This document shows, one piece after another, positions 37,451 through 47,236 of a stretch of DNA of 64,000 nt (the first letter of the stretch is position 1; each line of letters begins with the position of its first letter). The DNA lies in NCBI GenBank assembly GCA_042576705.1, contig JBHPEY010000001.1, forward strand, positions 72,980-136,979, in the 5' to 3' direction. Origin of the DNA: Nanobdellota archaeon. GTDB lineage: Archaea > Nanobdellota > Nanobdellia > Woesearchaeales > UBA11576. The notes under the pieces are model-generated. The model saw only the letters and a list, made by a program, of their open reading frames with translations. It searched no databases and was not told where the DNA came from. Both the position numbers and the translations under genes were made by a program.

Positions 37451-38448
37451 GATATCGACCTCATGCACGTGAACTGGTAAAAGTCAGACTGGATGTCATT
37501 GCAGATAGCCTCAAGCTCATATCTCGGGCGCTGATGCGTACTCAGGGCCGTGGCGATGACAAGCTCACAGATATCCTTTTCAGGGCCTTCCTTCTCCTCG
37601 CAGATGAGGATGCCGTGATAGTAGTCGCCGCCCAGCTCCTGCAGGGTGTTGTCTATTATCCTTGTGGTGTCCTTGTAGAACTGGTATCCCATTGTGCCCC
37701 CTATCATGAGAGTGAGGACCCAGAACGTAATTATCACGTACAGGAATACCTTGTCCTTGTGATGCAGCGGACGGTCCTTGAACCTCTCAGCGTAGAAATA
37801 CTTCCTCTCGTTGAGGATGTACCAGATGATGATCGAGTTCATCACGACCAGCGAGATAAAAGAAAGTATCAGGAGATTCCTGAACATGGGATGCTCTACA
37901 GAGTCGAAGAGGATGAGTGAGATTATTGAATTCAGCGCAGTGAAAGCAAAGAAGCCTACCGACAGGTCGAAGGTATATGCCTTGCGCCTCCAGAATCCGA
38001 AAACCATCGCGAAGATGATTGCGAGAAGGACTGCGTTGATTATCAGTGCGCGTGTGCCTTCTATCATCTTTCCGAAAAGGATCGTTGTCGGGAAAGTGAT
38101 GCCATAGATGAATGAGATGAGATAAAGGAATGAGAGGAATGTAAGATAACCTATGAGAAACTTTATGCCCAGGGGGATGAGGTACTTGCCGCGATGTATC
38201 GGTGATGGGACAAAGAACTCTTCCTCAAGCTCGTGAGGGACTCTCTGAATCTTCTCTTCCAGGAGCTTTGGTTTCGGGATGATCTTCAAGAACTTCTTCC
38301 GCTTTGTGCGGGTCTTTGGTCTTGATTTGGCTTTCTTTTTGGCTTTGGCTTGAGGTCTAGATGGTGTTTTCTTCTTAGAACTAGAGCCAGAGGTCTTTCT
38401 GCTCGTTTTACTAGTCTTCTGTGTACTCTTACCCCTTTTTTTTACCAC
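37447..38448 (-). CDS. Membrane protein with Lys/Ser-rich N-terminus and C-terminal Cys-paired repeat; first gene of the operon
   Basis: About 5 TM segments; CEEKEGPEKDICEL...CNDIQSDFYQFTC resembles the repeats in 16919-17677. Confidence 0.8.
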   Translation of the reverse strand: MVKKRGKSTQKTSKTSRKTSGSSSKKKTPSRPQAKAKKKAKSRPKTRTKRKKFLKIIPKPKLLEEKIQRVPHELEEEFFVPSPIHRGKYLIPLGIKFLIGYLTFLSFLYLISFIYGITFPTTILFGKMIEGTRALIINAVLLAIIFAMVFGFWRRKAYTFDLSVGFFAFTALNSIISLILFDSVEHPMFRNLLILSFISLVVMNSIIIWYILNERKYFYAERFKDRPLHHKDKVFLYVIITFWVLTLMIGGTMGYQFYKDTTRIIDNTLQELGGDYYHGILICEEKEGPEKDICELVIATALSTHQRPRYELEAICNDIQSDFYQFTCMRSIS

Positions 38449-38472
38449 AATGATTACCTACTCTACGTTATA

Positions 38473-38484
38473 GCTGTATACAGC
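38473..38484. promoter_or_regulatory. Perfect 12-bp palindrome GCTGTATACAGC upstream of the giant-protein operon (possible operator)
   Basis: Lies between a TTTATAAA box (38544-38551) and the start codon at 38448. Confidence 0.3.
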
Positions 38485-38702
38485 AGTCCCGAACTTTTTA
38501 CTGTCTACAAACCCCCTGTAGGGTACATCCGAAATATTATGTGTTTATAAAGATTTGGTTTTGTTTATAAATAAAGGTGTGTGTTATAATATAAAAGTGT
38601 TTGTTTATTTACCGACGAGAAACTACTGTGTAGTGGTTAGGGATTGCGGTTGATGGGGGATGGTGGAGAGGGGTGGCAGGGGGAGAATAAGATGTTGTAG
38701 GA

Positions 38703-39050
38703 GCAGTTTTTTTGATTGATGATTCAGCTTTGGTGTTAGGTGCGGAAGGTGTTGTGAGAGATGGCGCAGTTTCTTTGATTGATGATTCAGCTTTGGTGTT
38801 GGGTGCATATGGTTGTGTGGCAATAGATGCTGTAGGAGTACCAAAGCTGATCCATCGTTTTGTAGTATTGGATGGAACAAGCCTGGTTACGGATGCTGCG
38901 GCCACATCAAATTTGAATAAAGCCGCAACATCTCACACCAGGCTTGCGTAAGGCCGCGCCTAAAGAATTCTTCCCAGCTTTCGAACTAATGTAGTCACTA
39001 CTGCGCATCGCATTAATTAACTCATGTCGAAAGCTGTTTATTTATCAAAA
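38703..39050 (+). repeat. Dispersed six-box intergenic element, copy B (with a 63-bp tandem duplication of its 5' end)
   Basis: TCAGCTTTGGT(38787-97)-N42-ACCAAAGCTGA(38840-50); CAAGCCTGGT(38878-87)-N49-ACCAGGCTTG(38937-46); CAGCTTTCGA(38975-84)-N42-TCGAAAGCTG(39027-36). Confidence 0.92.
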
Positions 39051-39130
39051 GAAAAAGTTGTTCTTATTGATGTTTCTTGTGCTGCTTCTGTTGTTGTGCT
39101 TATTGTTCTTGTTGTCCTTGCTGCTAATGC

Positions 39131-41332
39131 TCATCTTATCTTGGCGCCTGGTGCAATTCCCTTTGCTGTCACGTATTCTGTCGGGGTCTTGAGAAGTTTG
39201 TTTACGTTCCTGCAGATTATCTTTCCCTCTTCGTCAACTTCTAACTTTATCTTTGCGAAATCTTCTATCGACAGTTCTTGGAAGTCTTTCACGTCGGGGA
39301 TTCCTTCTGCGCGCACCTCGTCTCCAGGATCCGAGTCCGGCGCTTCGAGCAGGACTACCTTGTTCTTCTCCTCTGCAGCGAGGATCATGCCCTGGCTCTC
39401 TATTCCGCGCAGCTTTGCTGGCTTCAGGTTCGCCACCACTATGACATGCTTATTGATTATGTTCTCTCTTGGTATGTATGCCTTGAGTCCAGCGACGATC
39501 TGCCTTGTCTCTTTTCCCAGGTTTACCTTGAGCACGTACAGCTTTCCGGCGTCGGGGTGGTCGTCTACTGACTCTACCTTTCCTACCCTCAGATCCAGGG
39601 GGAACTCCTCGAACTTCTCTGCAGCATCCTGCTTCTTCTTGTCCTGCTTCTTCTTTCCGCCGAACTTCTTCCTGAACTCCTTGATCTCCTTGTCCTCAAG
39701 CTTGCGGAACAATGGCGACGGGTTCCCTATGGCGTGGCCTGGCTCTATGTCGAGGCTCATCTTGTATTCTATATTCCCGTCCTTGCTTTCCATGTCCATC
39801 TGCTTCAGTATCTCTGTCGACGTGAAAGGCAGGAACGGCTCTACGATATTTGCCAGTGTCCTGACGAGGTTGCAGCAGAGGTTTATCACAGTGCCGCAGC
39901 GCTTCTTGCCTTCTTCCCCTGCTTCTTCCTTGACGAGGGTCCACGGTTCGTTGTCCTGGAAGTACTGGTTGCCCAGTCTGGAGAGCTGCATGATCTCGTG
40001 CAGTGCCTCTCTTTCGTTGACGCATTCCATCAGGTCAATTATCATCTTCAGCTTGTCGTTCACGTCGGAGATGAACTTGTCGTCCTTCTCTTCCAGGTGC
40101 GCGCCAGGGACCTTGCTGTCGAAATACTTCTGGGTGAATGTCAGTGTGCGGTTGATGAAGTTACCGAGGTTCGCGAGGAGCTCGTTGTTGTTCCTGTCCC
40201 TGAACTCTTCCCAGTTGAACAATGAATCAGAGCCTTCAGGCCGGTTCGATAGGAGATAGTAACGCCAGACGTCCGGCGGTATGCCTGTGTCTTTCGCGTC
40301 GCTGCCGAACACACCTGTGCCCGCGCTCTTCGAGAACTTTCCGCCCTCGTAGTTGAGGTACTCTGTGCTGTCTATGTGATACAGCAGGTTCCAGCCGTCT
40401 TTCGCCGCAATGAGTGTCGACGGGAATATTATCGTGTGGAACGGGATGTTGTCCTTTGCCATGAACTGGTAGAGCTTCACGTCGTCACCTTTCCACCACT
40501 GCTCCCATGTGTCCGGGAAGGCGTGCTTTGTTATCGAGATGTAGCCTATCGGCGCGTCGAACCAGACATAGAACACCTTGTCCTCGTATCCCTCGAGCGG
40601 GATGTTGATGCCCCACTTCAGGTCCCTTGACACGCAGCGCTGCTTCAGGCCTTCCTTGAACCACGCTTCCGTCGCTGTCTTTGCGTTCTGTGTCCAGAAG
40701 CCCTCGACAGATCTTGTCTCGCTCCACTTCTGGAGCTCAGGGCCCAGCTTGGGAAGGTCCAGGAAAAGATGATCGCTCGTCTTCACGACGGGTTTTGTGC
40801 TGCAGATCTTGCATCGTGAGTTGAGGAGCTCGACAGGATTGAGGAGCTTGCTGCAGCTCTCGCACTGGTCGCCTCTTGCATCCTCATAACCGCAGTGAGG
40901 ACAGGTCCCCTCGACAAAACGGTCTGCAAGGAACTTGTCGCACTTCGGACAATAGGTCTGCTCCAGGACGTCCTTCTTGATGAAGCCATTGTCATAGACC
41001 TGTTTGAATATGGATTGGGTGACCTCAGTATGGGTATCGGTGCTGGTGCGGCCGAACGCATCGAAGGAGCAGCCGAACCACTCGTAGATATCCTTGTGTA
41101 TCCTGAAATACTTGTCGCAGATCTGCTTAGGGGTGAGGCCTTCCTCCAGGGCCTTTGTCTCTGTAGCAGTGCCATGCTCATCTGTGCCGCAGATGTACAA
41201 TGTCTCATAGCCTCTTGCCCTGCAGTACCTTGCGAAGACATCGGCGGACAGCACGCAGCCTATTATGTTCCCCAGGTGGGGGACGTTATTCACGTACGGC
41301 AGTGCGCTTGTAATCAGTATCTTGCGTGTCAT
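39131..41332 (-). CDS. metG: Methionine--tRNA ligase with C-terminal tRNA-binding (EMAP/Trbp) domain
   Basis: ITSALPYVNNVPHLGN (HIGH-like), two CxxC knuckles, KFSKS, LDLRVGKV...NLKPAKLRGIESQGM. Confidence 0.97.
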   Translation of the reverse strand: MTRKILITSALPYVNNVPHLGNIIGCVLSADVFARYCRARGYETLYICGTDEHGTATETKALEEGLTPKQICDKYFRIHKDIYEWFGCSFDAFGRTSTDTHTEVTQSIFKQVYDNGFIKKDVLEQTYCPKCDKFLADRFVEGTCPHCGYEDARGDQCESCSKLLNPVELLNSRCKICSTKPVVKTSDHLFLDLPKLGPELQKWSETRSVEGFWTQNAKTATEAWFKEGLKQRCVSRDLKWGINIPLEGYEDKVFYVWFDAPIGYISITKHAFPDTWEQWWKGDDVKLYQFMAKDNIPFHTIIFPSTLIAAKDGWNLLYHIDSTEYLNYEGGKFSKSAGTGVFGSDAKDTGIPPDVWRYYLLSNRPEGSDSLFNWEEFRDRNNNELLANLGNFINRTLTFTQKYFDSKVPGAHLEEKDDKFISDVNDKLKMIIDLMECVNEREALHEIMQLSRLGNQYFQDNEPWTLVKEEAGEEGKKRCGTVINLCCNLVRTLANIVEPFLPFTSTEILKQMDMESKDGNIEYKMSLDIEPGHAIGNPSPLFRKLEDKEIKEFRKKFGGKKKQDKKKQDAAEKFEEFPLDLRVGKVESVDDHPDAGKLYVLKVNLGKETRQIVAGLKAYIPRENIINKHVIVVANLKPAKLRGIESQGMILAAEEKNKVVLLEAPDSDPGDEVRAEGIPDVKDFQELSIEDFAKIKLEVDEEGKIICRNVNKLLKTPTEYVTAKGIAPGAKIR

Positions 41333-41458
41333 GATGGTGTTCGAAATACTGTCATTATTTAAATACTTTCCAGTTAAGTTTAAATACGCTGCTTAAATAG
41401 GCCATAAACAGCAAATCTTTGATAATATCAGATATATACACTAGGGGGTGTGGGCGAT

Positions 41459-42241
41459 ATGAAAAGGATATTAGTAATGATGCTTGTTCTCCTGATTGCC
41501 ATAGGGCTGTCAGGATGCGGCGGTGATGATTCCTCTGACTCAGGGGAATCGAAAAAATCTGCCTCTTCACAGGTTGTCAAGAAGACCTCTTCGGACAAGA
41601 AGAAGAGCGATGACTTCAGGGAGATGATAGCAAAGAAATCCGACCTCAGGTTCTCAGTGGATTATACAATAGACGTGGACTCACAGGGACAGTCGATGAC
41701 ATACAAGATGTCGCAGTATCTCGGCGGGCCTGACCAGATGAGGACTGACATGACGATGCAGGATCCCGGGACAGGTGAGGACGTCAAGACAAGGTCATAC
41801 TTCCTCTCTGATGGGATGTATTCATGCAATGACCGGCAGGGAGAATGGGGCTGCATGAAGCTTGCCCATGGTGAGGACATGGGAGAGCAGGACTATACCA
41901 AGGACTTCGAGGCTGTGGAAGAGAATCCTGATGACTATGACATCACGTATGCAGGGACGAAATCAGTGGCAGGGACGACTGCGCAGTGCTGGGGGATCAG
42001 CTTTGCAGGGCAGACCATGAAGGAGTGCTTCAGCAAGGAAGGTGTCCCGCTGTACATGGAGATGGGCGGAGTCGGCATGGAGTATGTGATGAAGGCCACG
42101 CGGTACAGCACAAAGGTGTCGTCGAGTGATTTCGAGCTTCCGGCAGAGGCAACAGATATGGATCAGATGGCAAATGACATGCTGAAGCAGATGGAAGAGA
42201 GCATGGGTGAGATGCCAGAGGGTATGGGGGATTATGAGTAA
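41459..42241 (+). CDS. Lipoprotein-like secreted protein (lipobox LSGC), beta-rich LolA/LppX-like appearance
   Basis: MKRILVMMLVLLIAIGLSG/C, Ser/Lys linker, YAGTK.VAG..AQCW...CFS.EGVPL. Confidence 0.75.
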   Translation: MKRILVMMLVLLIAIGLSGCGGDDSSDSGESKKSASSQVVKKTSSDKKKSDDFREMIAKKSDLRFSVDYTIDVDSQGQSMTYKMSQYLGGPDQMRTDMTMQDPGTGEDVKTRSYFLSDGMYSCNDRQGEWGCMKLAHGEDMGEQDYTKDFEAVEENPDDYDITYAGTKSVAGTTAQCWGISFAGQTMKECFSKEGVPLYMEMGGVGMEYVMKATRYSTKVSSSDFELPAEATDMDQMANDMLKQMEESMGEMPEGMGDYE

Positions 42242-42249
42242 GTAGAATT

Positions 42250-42290
42250 GAGTTATTTTTTGTTTTTTCTTTTTTGTTTTCTTTTTTTAA
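42250..42290 (+). terminator. T-rich archaeal-type terminator
   Basis: Long oligo-T tract directly after the stop at 42241. Confidence 0.55.
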
Positions 42291-42625
42291 TTCTTAATTC
42301 AGCTTTGATGGTGCGGGCAGGTGTAGCTGGAGAAGGAGCAGTTTTTCTGATAGATAATTCAGCTTTGGTTTTGGTTGCAGATGTCGTTATGAAGACCGGA
42401 ACAGCATGAGCACCAAAGCGGATGTTTCGTTGGGCAGTATTGGATGGAGCAAGCCTGATTGGGAAATACGCAGCTGTTTTATGTGTATTCGGTTAGGCAG
42501 CAGCGTCAGTAACAGAAATGATATAGAGAAAAAGGCCTTCGGCAACAACGATAGTCAAGTCAGTCTTAGACTTAGAATTCGTGGTTGCAGCGGCAGGGGG
42601 CTTGGTTTTTGCTCGTCTGGTTCGT
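42290..42625 (+). repeat. Dispersed element, copy C (alternative 3' module; 60-bp 5' duplication)
   Basis: TCAGCTTTGGT(42359-69)-N42-ACCAAAGCGG(42412-21)-N28-CAAGCCTGAT(42450); 3' part shares GGCCTTCGGC..CGATAGTCAA..CAGTCTTAGA with copy D. Confidence 0.88.
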
Positions 42626-42827
42626 GGTGTTGCTCTCCTTGCTCCTACCGCAAATTACTTAAACAACCCTGTAACTTTTCTTCCTCGCTGGACAGGACCA
42701 TTGATCCTTGTGAAGAAAACTTATCTTTCGGAGCTCACGCGATGATGACTGATGGGCGGGCTGAGGGATCTTTGGTCCGCCTTTTTTCTATGATACCAGA
42801 ATAAGTGTAAAAAAAAGGATAAAAAAA

Positions 42828-43343
42828 TCAAGGAGCTGCAGCAGCCCCTGCAAAGACGGCTCTTGTGATCCCTGCGAACATCCCTAGCCAGAAGAACAGG
42901 CCGAAGAATGTCAGGATGCCTCCTATCACTACCGCTATTATCGCCATTGTCTTTCCACCCATGCCCGGATTCTTGCCTATCTTCACAAGAGATACAATCC
43001 CCAGTATCAGGCCGACCAGAGAGAAGAACGGGAGGAAGAAAAGACAGCTGAATATCAAAGCTACCAGGGGCATCTTTGATTTTTTCTGTGTGCTGCCGGG
43101 CTGAGCTGCAGGTGCGACTTGTTGAGGAGCACCTTGCGAAGGGACCTGCTGAGGAGCAGCAGTGCCTTGCGGAGGAGCACTTTGTGGAGGGACCTGTTGA
43201 GGAGCGGTTCCCAGGGACTGCGCAGTCTGCTGAGCAGGAGGAGCACTTTGTGGAGGCGCCTGCTGAGGAGCAGGTGTGCCTTGCGGAGGTACCTGTGGCG
43301 CCGCTGTTGCGGCTGCCCGACTTGGATCATTCATGTCTTGCAT
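42828..43343 (-). CDS. DUF4190-like membrane protein with Q/P/A low-complexity N-terminus
   Basis: QQVPPQSAPP repeats; ALIFSCLF...GLILGIVSL.KI.......GK.MAIIAVVIG. Confidence 0.8.
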   Translation of the reverse strand: MQDMNDPSRAAATAAPQVPPQGTPAPQQAPPQSAPPAQQTAQSLGTAPQQVPPQSAPPQGTAAPQQVPSQGAPQQVAPAAQPGSTQKKSKMPLVALIFSCLFFLPFFSLVGLILGIVSLVKIGKNPGMGGKTMAIIAVVIGGILTFFGLFFWLGMFAGITRAVFAGAAAAP

Positions 43344-43346
43344 TTA

Positions 43347-44636
43347 TCACACCCCATACATCAGCCAGATATATCCTGCGCTGATCAATACTGAAAATAC
43401 CGTGAACGGGAGGCCAATCCTCACGAACTGCCAGAAGCTTGTCTCATAACCCTTGTTCTTCAGCAGGCCCACGCCAACTATGTTCGCTGCAGCACCTACC
43501 GGGGTTATGTTGCCACCCACGCTCGCCCCTATCAAGAGGCCGAAGTATAATACGAATGGAGAGATCGCGGACTGCTCTGCGATTAGCTGCGTCACAGGAA
43601 GCATCGCGACGATGTATGGCACATTGTCGACGAATGCTGAGAAGAGCATGCTCAGGCCTACGAGAACTACGAATGTGAACAGGACATTCGTTCCTGTTAT
43701 GTTGTGGATTAACTTGGCGACCTCACCTATGACTCCTGTGCGCGCCAGGGAGTTCACCATGACGAACACCGCAATTATGAAGAACGCGGTTGCCCAGTCC
43801 ATGCGGAATATCCTGCCCATTGTCTTGCTGTGCCTGAGCTCGTCGTGCTTGTACAGCCAGAGGATGCAGGCGATGCCGAAGAGCATGCATATCAGCCCTG
43901 CAGAATAGGAACTGTTGCTGTTCTTGATAGAGCTGAGGGCCAGGGCAATTATCATCGCGGCGAGCATTATCGCAGGGAACTTGCTCTTTATCCTGACCTG
44001 CTTGAACTTATGGATCTTATGGTCATAACGCCTGAAGTAGAAGTAAAGGACTACGAGTGAAGCGAGCATGCCCAGCTGGACAGCGAAGAACAGGTTCGGC
44101 TTGCCCTGGAAGATGAAGAAATCATTGAATGTGAGCCCTGCATGGCCTGCGAGAAGCATGCTCGGGGGGTCGCCGATCAGGGTCGCGACACCCTGGAGGT
44201 TCGATGATATCGCGCAGCCTATTATCATAGGTATCGGCGAGACACGGATGCGCTTTGCGATGGCGAACGCGATGGGCGCCACGATCAGGACGCAGGCGAC
44301 GTTCTCTATGACTATCGAGAGGAGGCCTGTCAGTGCGCAGACAAAGAGCATCGCAGACCAGACCCTTGTGGTGTGGTTCGTGAACCATATCGCCAGGTAG
44401 TCAGGCATCTTGGATGCTATAAGAGCCTCTGCTATGAACAGCATGCCCACGTAGATTCCTATCACGTTCCAGTTTATGCTGCCCCATGCTGAACTGAATG
44501 TGACTGCGCCGATCAAGAATGTGAGAAGAACTCCGCCCCATATCACCCATACCTTTTTCCTGTAGAACCTCACAATGAATGCGTAAGTGATTACGAACGC
44601 TGCAGCGGTCAGTATCTTTAATGTAGTTGGGTCCAT
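43347..44636 (-). CDS. ArsB/NhaD (ion transporter superfamily) permease
   Basis: SIVIENVACVL, SSNLQGVATLIGDPPS, SAFVDNVPY, GGNITPVGAAAN. Confidence 0.9.
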   Translation of the reverse strand: MDPTTLKILTAAAFVITYAFIVRFYRKKVWVIWGGVLLTFLIGAVTFSSAWGSINWNVIGIYVGMLFIAEALIASKMPDYLAIWFTNHTTRVWSAMLFVCALTGLLSIVIENVACVLIVAPIAFAIAKRIRVSPIPMIIGCAISSNLQGVATLIGDPPSMLLAGHAGLTFNDFFIFQGKPNLFFAVQLGMLASLVVLYFYFRRYDHKIHKFKQVRIKSKFPAIMLAAMIIALALSSIKNSNSSYSAGLICMLFGIACILWLYKHDELRHSKTMGRIFRMDWATAFFIIAVFVMVNSLARTGVIGEVAKLIHNITGTNVLFTFVVLVGLSMLFSAFVDNVPYIVAMLPVTQLIAEQSAISPFVLYFGLLIGASVGGNITPVGAAANIVGVGLLKNKGYETSFWQFVRIGLPFTVFSVLISAGYIWLMYGV

Positions 44637-44716
44637 GGTGCCTCTTTTTGGGTGGAATAAGGGGGATGGTTTTATAAATTTATTGGGCTATATAGTATTG
44701 AGCATATCTGATAAGA

Positions 44717-45448
44717 ATGAAGCCGCACGAAATCCTCAAGGGAATAGAGATTGTTGACCTGGCACTCTATCTTAGTTCGGAGAAGGTGCTTGTCATCACT
44801 GACCTGCACATCGGTTATGAGGATGCGCTTGTCAAGCAGGGGGTGCTCGTTCCCAAGTTCCACTTCAGGGACCTTGTGAAGAGGGTCGAAGGGATATTCG
44901 AGAAGCTTGCAAAGGCGAAGAAAGAGGTTGACGTTGTGGTGATAAATGGCGACCTCAAGCATGAGTTCGGCAGGATAAGCGAGGAGGAGTGGCGCAATAC
45001 ATTGAAGATGATCGACTATCTTTCGCGGAGGTGTGAAAGGATACTGCTTGTGCGGGGGAACCATGACAAGGTGCTTGGGCCGATCGCTGAGAAGAGGAAG
45101 GTGCTTCTTGTGGATGAGTTTGTTGTGGGTGATGTTCTTGTGTGCCATGGGGACAGGATTCCTGAGATTCCTGCGTCTGTGAAGACTGTTGTGATCGGTC
45201 ATGAACATCCTGCTGTCAGTCTTGATGAGGACCTTCGGAGAGAGACGTACAAATGTTTTCTTGTGGGGAAGCATAAGAGGAAGAATCTTGTTGTGCTGCC
45301 TTCATTGCATCCGCTTGCTGAGGGGAGTGATGTCAAGAGAGAGAAGATGTTGAGTCCTTTTCTTAAGAAGGATATCGGTGGTTTTGATGTGTATATCGTC
45401 GCTGATAAAGTTTATGAGTTTGGTAAATTGAGGAAGATAGCGGGGTAG
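44717..45448 (+). CDS. Calcineurin-like metallophosphoesterase (archaeal ICC-like)
   Basis: DLHIG, GDLKH, GNHD, HGD, GHEHP motifs. Confidence 0.92.
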   Translation: MKPHEILKGIEIVDLALYLSSEKVLVITDLHIGYEDALVKQGVLVPKFHFRDLVKRVEGIFEKLAKAKKEVDVVVINGDLKHEFGRISEEEWRNTLKMIDYLSRRCERILLVRGNHDKVLGPIAEKRKVLLVDEFVVGDVLVCHGDRIPEIPASVKTVVIGHEHPAVSLDEDLRRETYKCFLVGKHKRKNLVVLPSLHPLAEGSDVKREKMLSPFLKKDIGGFDVYIVADKVYEFGKLRKIAG

Positions 45449-45720
45449 GGTCTGCTGCTGCCACCACGAGCCTGGTCGCTGATACCACGATGTCAAGTTC
45501 TAAGACTGTTTGACTATCGTTCTGGCCGAAGGCCATTTTCTTTATATCGTTTATTTTACCTGATGTTGCTGCCTCAACAAATTCACATAAAGCAGCTGCG
45601 TCTTCCCTAATCAGGCTTGTTCCATCCAATACTCCCGACGATAGATCAGCTTTGGTGCTAATCCAGTATCGATTGTCAGACCAACAGCCACCACCAAAAC
45701 CAAAGCTGAATTAAGAATTC
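45449..45720 (-). repeat. Dispersed element, copy D (reverse orientation; alternative 3' module)
   Basis: On the + strand: TCAGCTTTGGT(45646-56)-N42-ACCAAAGCTGA(45699-709); ATCAGGCTTG ending 45619; GAGCCTGGTC near 45468. Confidence 0.9.
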
Positions 45721-45764
45721 AAACAAACAAAAAAAGAAAACAAAAAAAACAAAAACAAAAAAAC
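45721..45764 (-). terminator. T-rich terminator of apt
   Basis: Oligo-A tract on the + strand just beyond the apt stop. Confidence 0.55.
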
Positions 45765-45776
45765 CTCTCTCTTACC

Positions 45777-46307
45777 TTATTCTCCCTCGAACTCACACAA
45801 TGTAAACATCTTATACCCTTTTTCCTTGAGTTTCTTCTGGCCGCCTACTTCTGGGAGGTCTACTATGAAGCACATCTCCACTATGTCGCCGCCTAGCTTC
45901 TCTACCAGGGCTGCTGCTGCCAGGGCTGTTCCGCCTGTTGCCAGGAGGTCGTCGACAATCAATACCTTGTCGCCTTTCTCTATGGCGTCGCAGTGCACCT
46001 CTATCTTATCTGTGCCGTATTCCAGTTCGTACTCGTGGCACTCTGTCTTTCCCGGGAGCTTTCCTGCTTTCCTTATGGGAACAAAGCCTTTGCCCAGCTG
46101 GTGGGAGAGTGCGCCGCCGAGGATGAAACCTCTTGCTTCAAGACCTACTATCACGTCTATGTCTGTTCCTGTGTATCTCTGAACAAGCTCGTCGATTACC
46201 TTGCGGAAACCTTGTGCGTCTCTCAATAGGGTCGTTATGTCCCTGAACATGATTCCCTCTTTTGGGAAGTGTGGTATTGTCCTTATCTTTGATTTTATTG
46301 AGTCCAT
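45777..46307 (-). CDS. apt: Adenine phosphoribosyltransferase
   Basis: [51 protein letters not shown]. Confidence 0.96.
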   Translation of the reverse strand: MDSIKSKIRTIPHFPKEGIMFRDITTLLRDAQGFRKVIDELVQRYTGTDIDVIVGLEARGFILGGALSHQLGKGFVPIRKAGKLPGKTECHEYELEYGTDKIEVHCDAIEKGDKVLIVDDLLATGGTALAAAALVEKLGGDIVEMCFIVDLPEVGGQKKLKEKGYKMFTLCEFEGE

Positions 46308-46345
46308 CTTTTTATCCTCCTTGTTTCTTCTTGCCTTATTCTCGC

Positions 46346-47095
46346 TTATTTGACTTTGGGGATTGTCTTTATCAGAAGATCCGTGACCTTCGCAACATTC
46401 TTCTTGAAGACTGCCAGTATGTCATCCCATGTCACCGGTGCTTCGTCGTCCTTCCAGCAGTCGTAGTCTGTGGACATCGCAACTGCCGCGTATGGAATCC
46501 CTGCTTCGTTTGCCAGGATCGCTTCCGGCGCTATGGACATGTTGATTATGTCTGCACCCCATGCGCGGAACATGTGTGACTCGGCTTTTGTGGAGAATCT
46601 TGGGCCCTCTATCGTCACCACTGTGCCTTTTGCGTGGTGCTTCAGTGCCAGCTCCTGGCAGGAGTCTATGAGACTTGTGCGGAGTTCGCTGTTGAACGGC
46701 TCTGCCATGGGTGTGTGGATCGGCTTGTTGGGCTCGAACTTTTCGTGGAAAGTGAGTTTTCTTAGCCTGGTGAAGTCTATGAACTGGTCTATTATCACAA
46801 AGTCGCCTCTTCCTATCTCCTGCTTCAGGCTGCCTACTGCAGTTGTTGCCAGAATGTGGGTGCAGCCCTCTGCTTTCAGCGCGTGGATGTTCGCCCTGTA
46901 GTTGACCTGGGTCGGAGGGATCGTGTGTTCCCTGCCGTGCCTTGCGAGGATCGCCACGTCTACGCCTTCAATCTTTCCAAGCTTGAGCTGTGAGCTCGGT
47001 TCGCCAAACGGCGTTGTTACTGTCTTGTCCTGCGCGTCTTTCAGGATATCAGGATTGTCCAATCCAGAACCGCCAATGATGCCGATCTTTACCAA
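46346..47095 (-). CDS. mtnP: S-methyl-5'-thioadenosine phosphorylase
   Basis: [46 protein letters not shown]; likely TTG start at 47095. Confidence 0.93.
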   Translation of the reverse strand: MVKIGIIGGSGLDNPDILKDAQDKTVTTPFGEPSSQLKLGKIEGVDVAILARHGREHTIPPTQVNYRANIHALKAEGCTHILATTAVGSLKQEIGRGDFVIIDQFIDFTRLRKLTFHEKFEPNKPIHTPMAEPFNSELRTSLIDSCQELALKHHAKGTVVTIEGPRFSTKAESHMFRAWGADIINMSIAPEAILANEAGIPYAAVAMSTDYDCWKDDEAPVTWDDILAVFKKNVAKVTDLLIKTIPKVK

Positions 47096-47236
47096 TATTA
47101 CCACCCCGGTTTTTGTTATATTGGCTGGCTACAGTCTTCATTTAAATAATTTTCACTTTTGGGGGCTTTTCGTCACCAGGTCGTTACTAGAGTATGTTTA
47201 AATATAATATATACCAGATAAAGTGTAAGGGCATAT

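Noticed and set aside
39131-39300. Apparent second tRNA-binding-domain start at the MetRS C-terminus (LSIEDFAKIKLEV)
   Set aside because: Consistent with the normal C-terminal extension of EMAP/Trbp-type domains; not evidence of a separate gene.
39024-40259. 411-aa + strand ORF
   Set aside because: Antisense shadow of metG, with Ser/Phe/Leu-rich composition typical of reverse-frame reading and no motifs.
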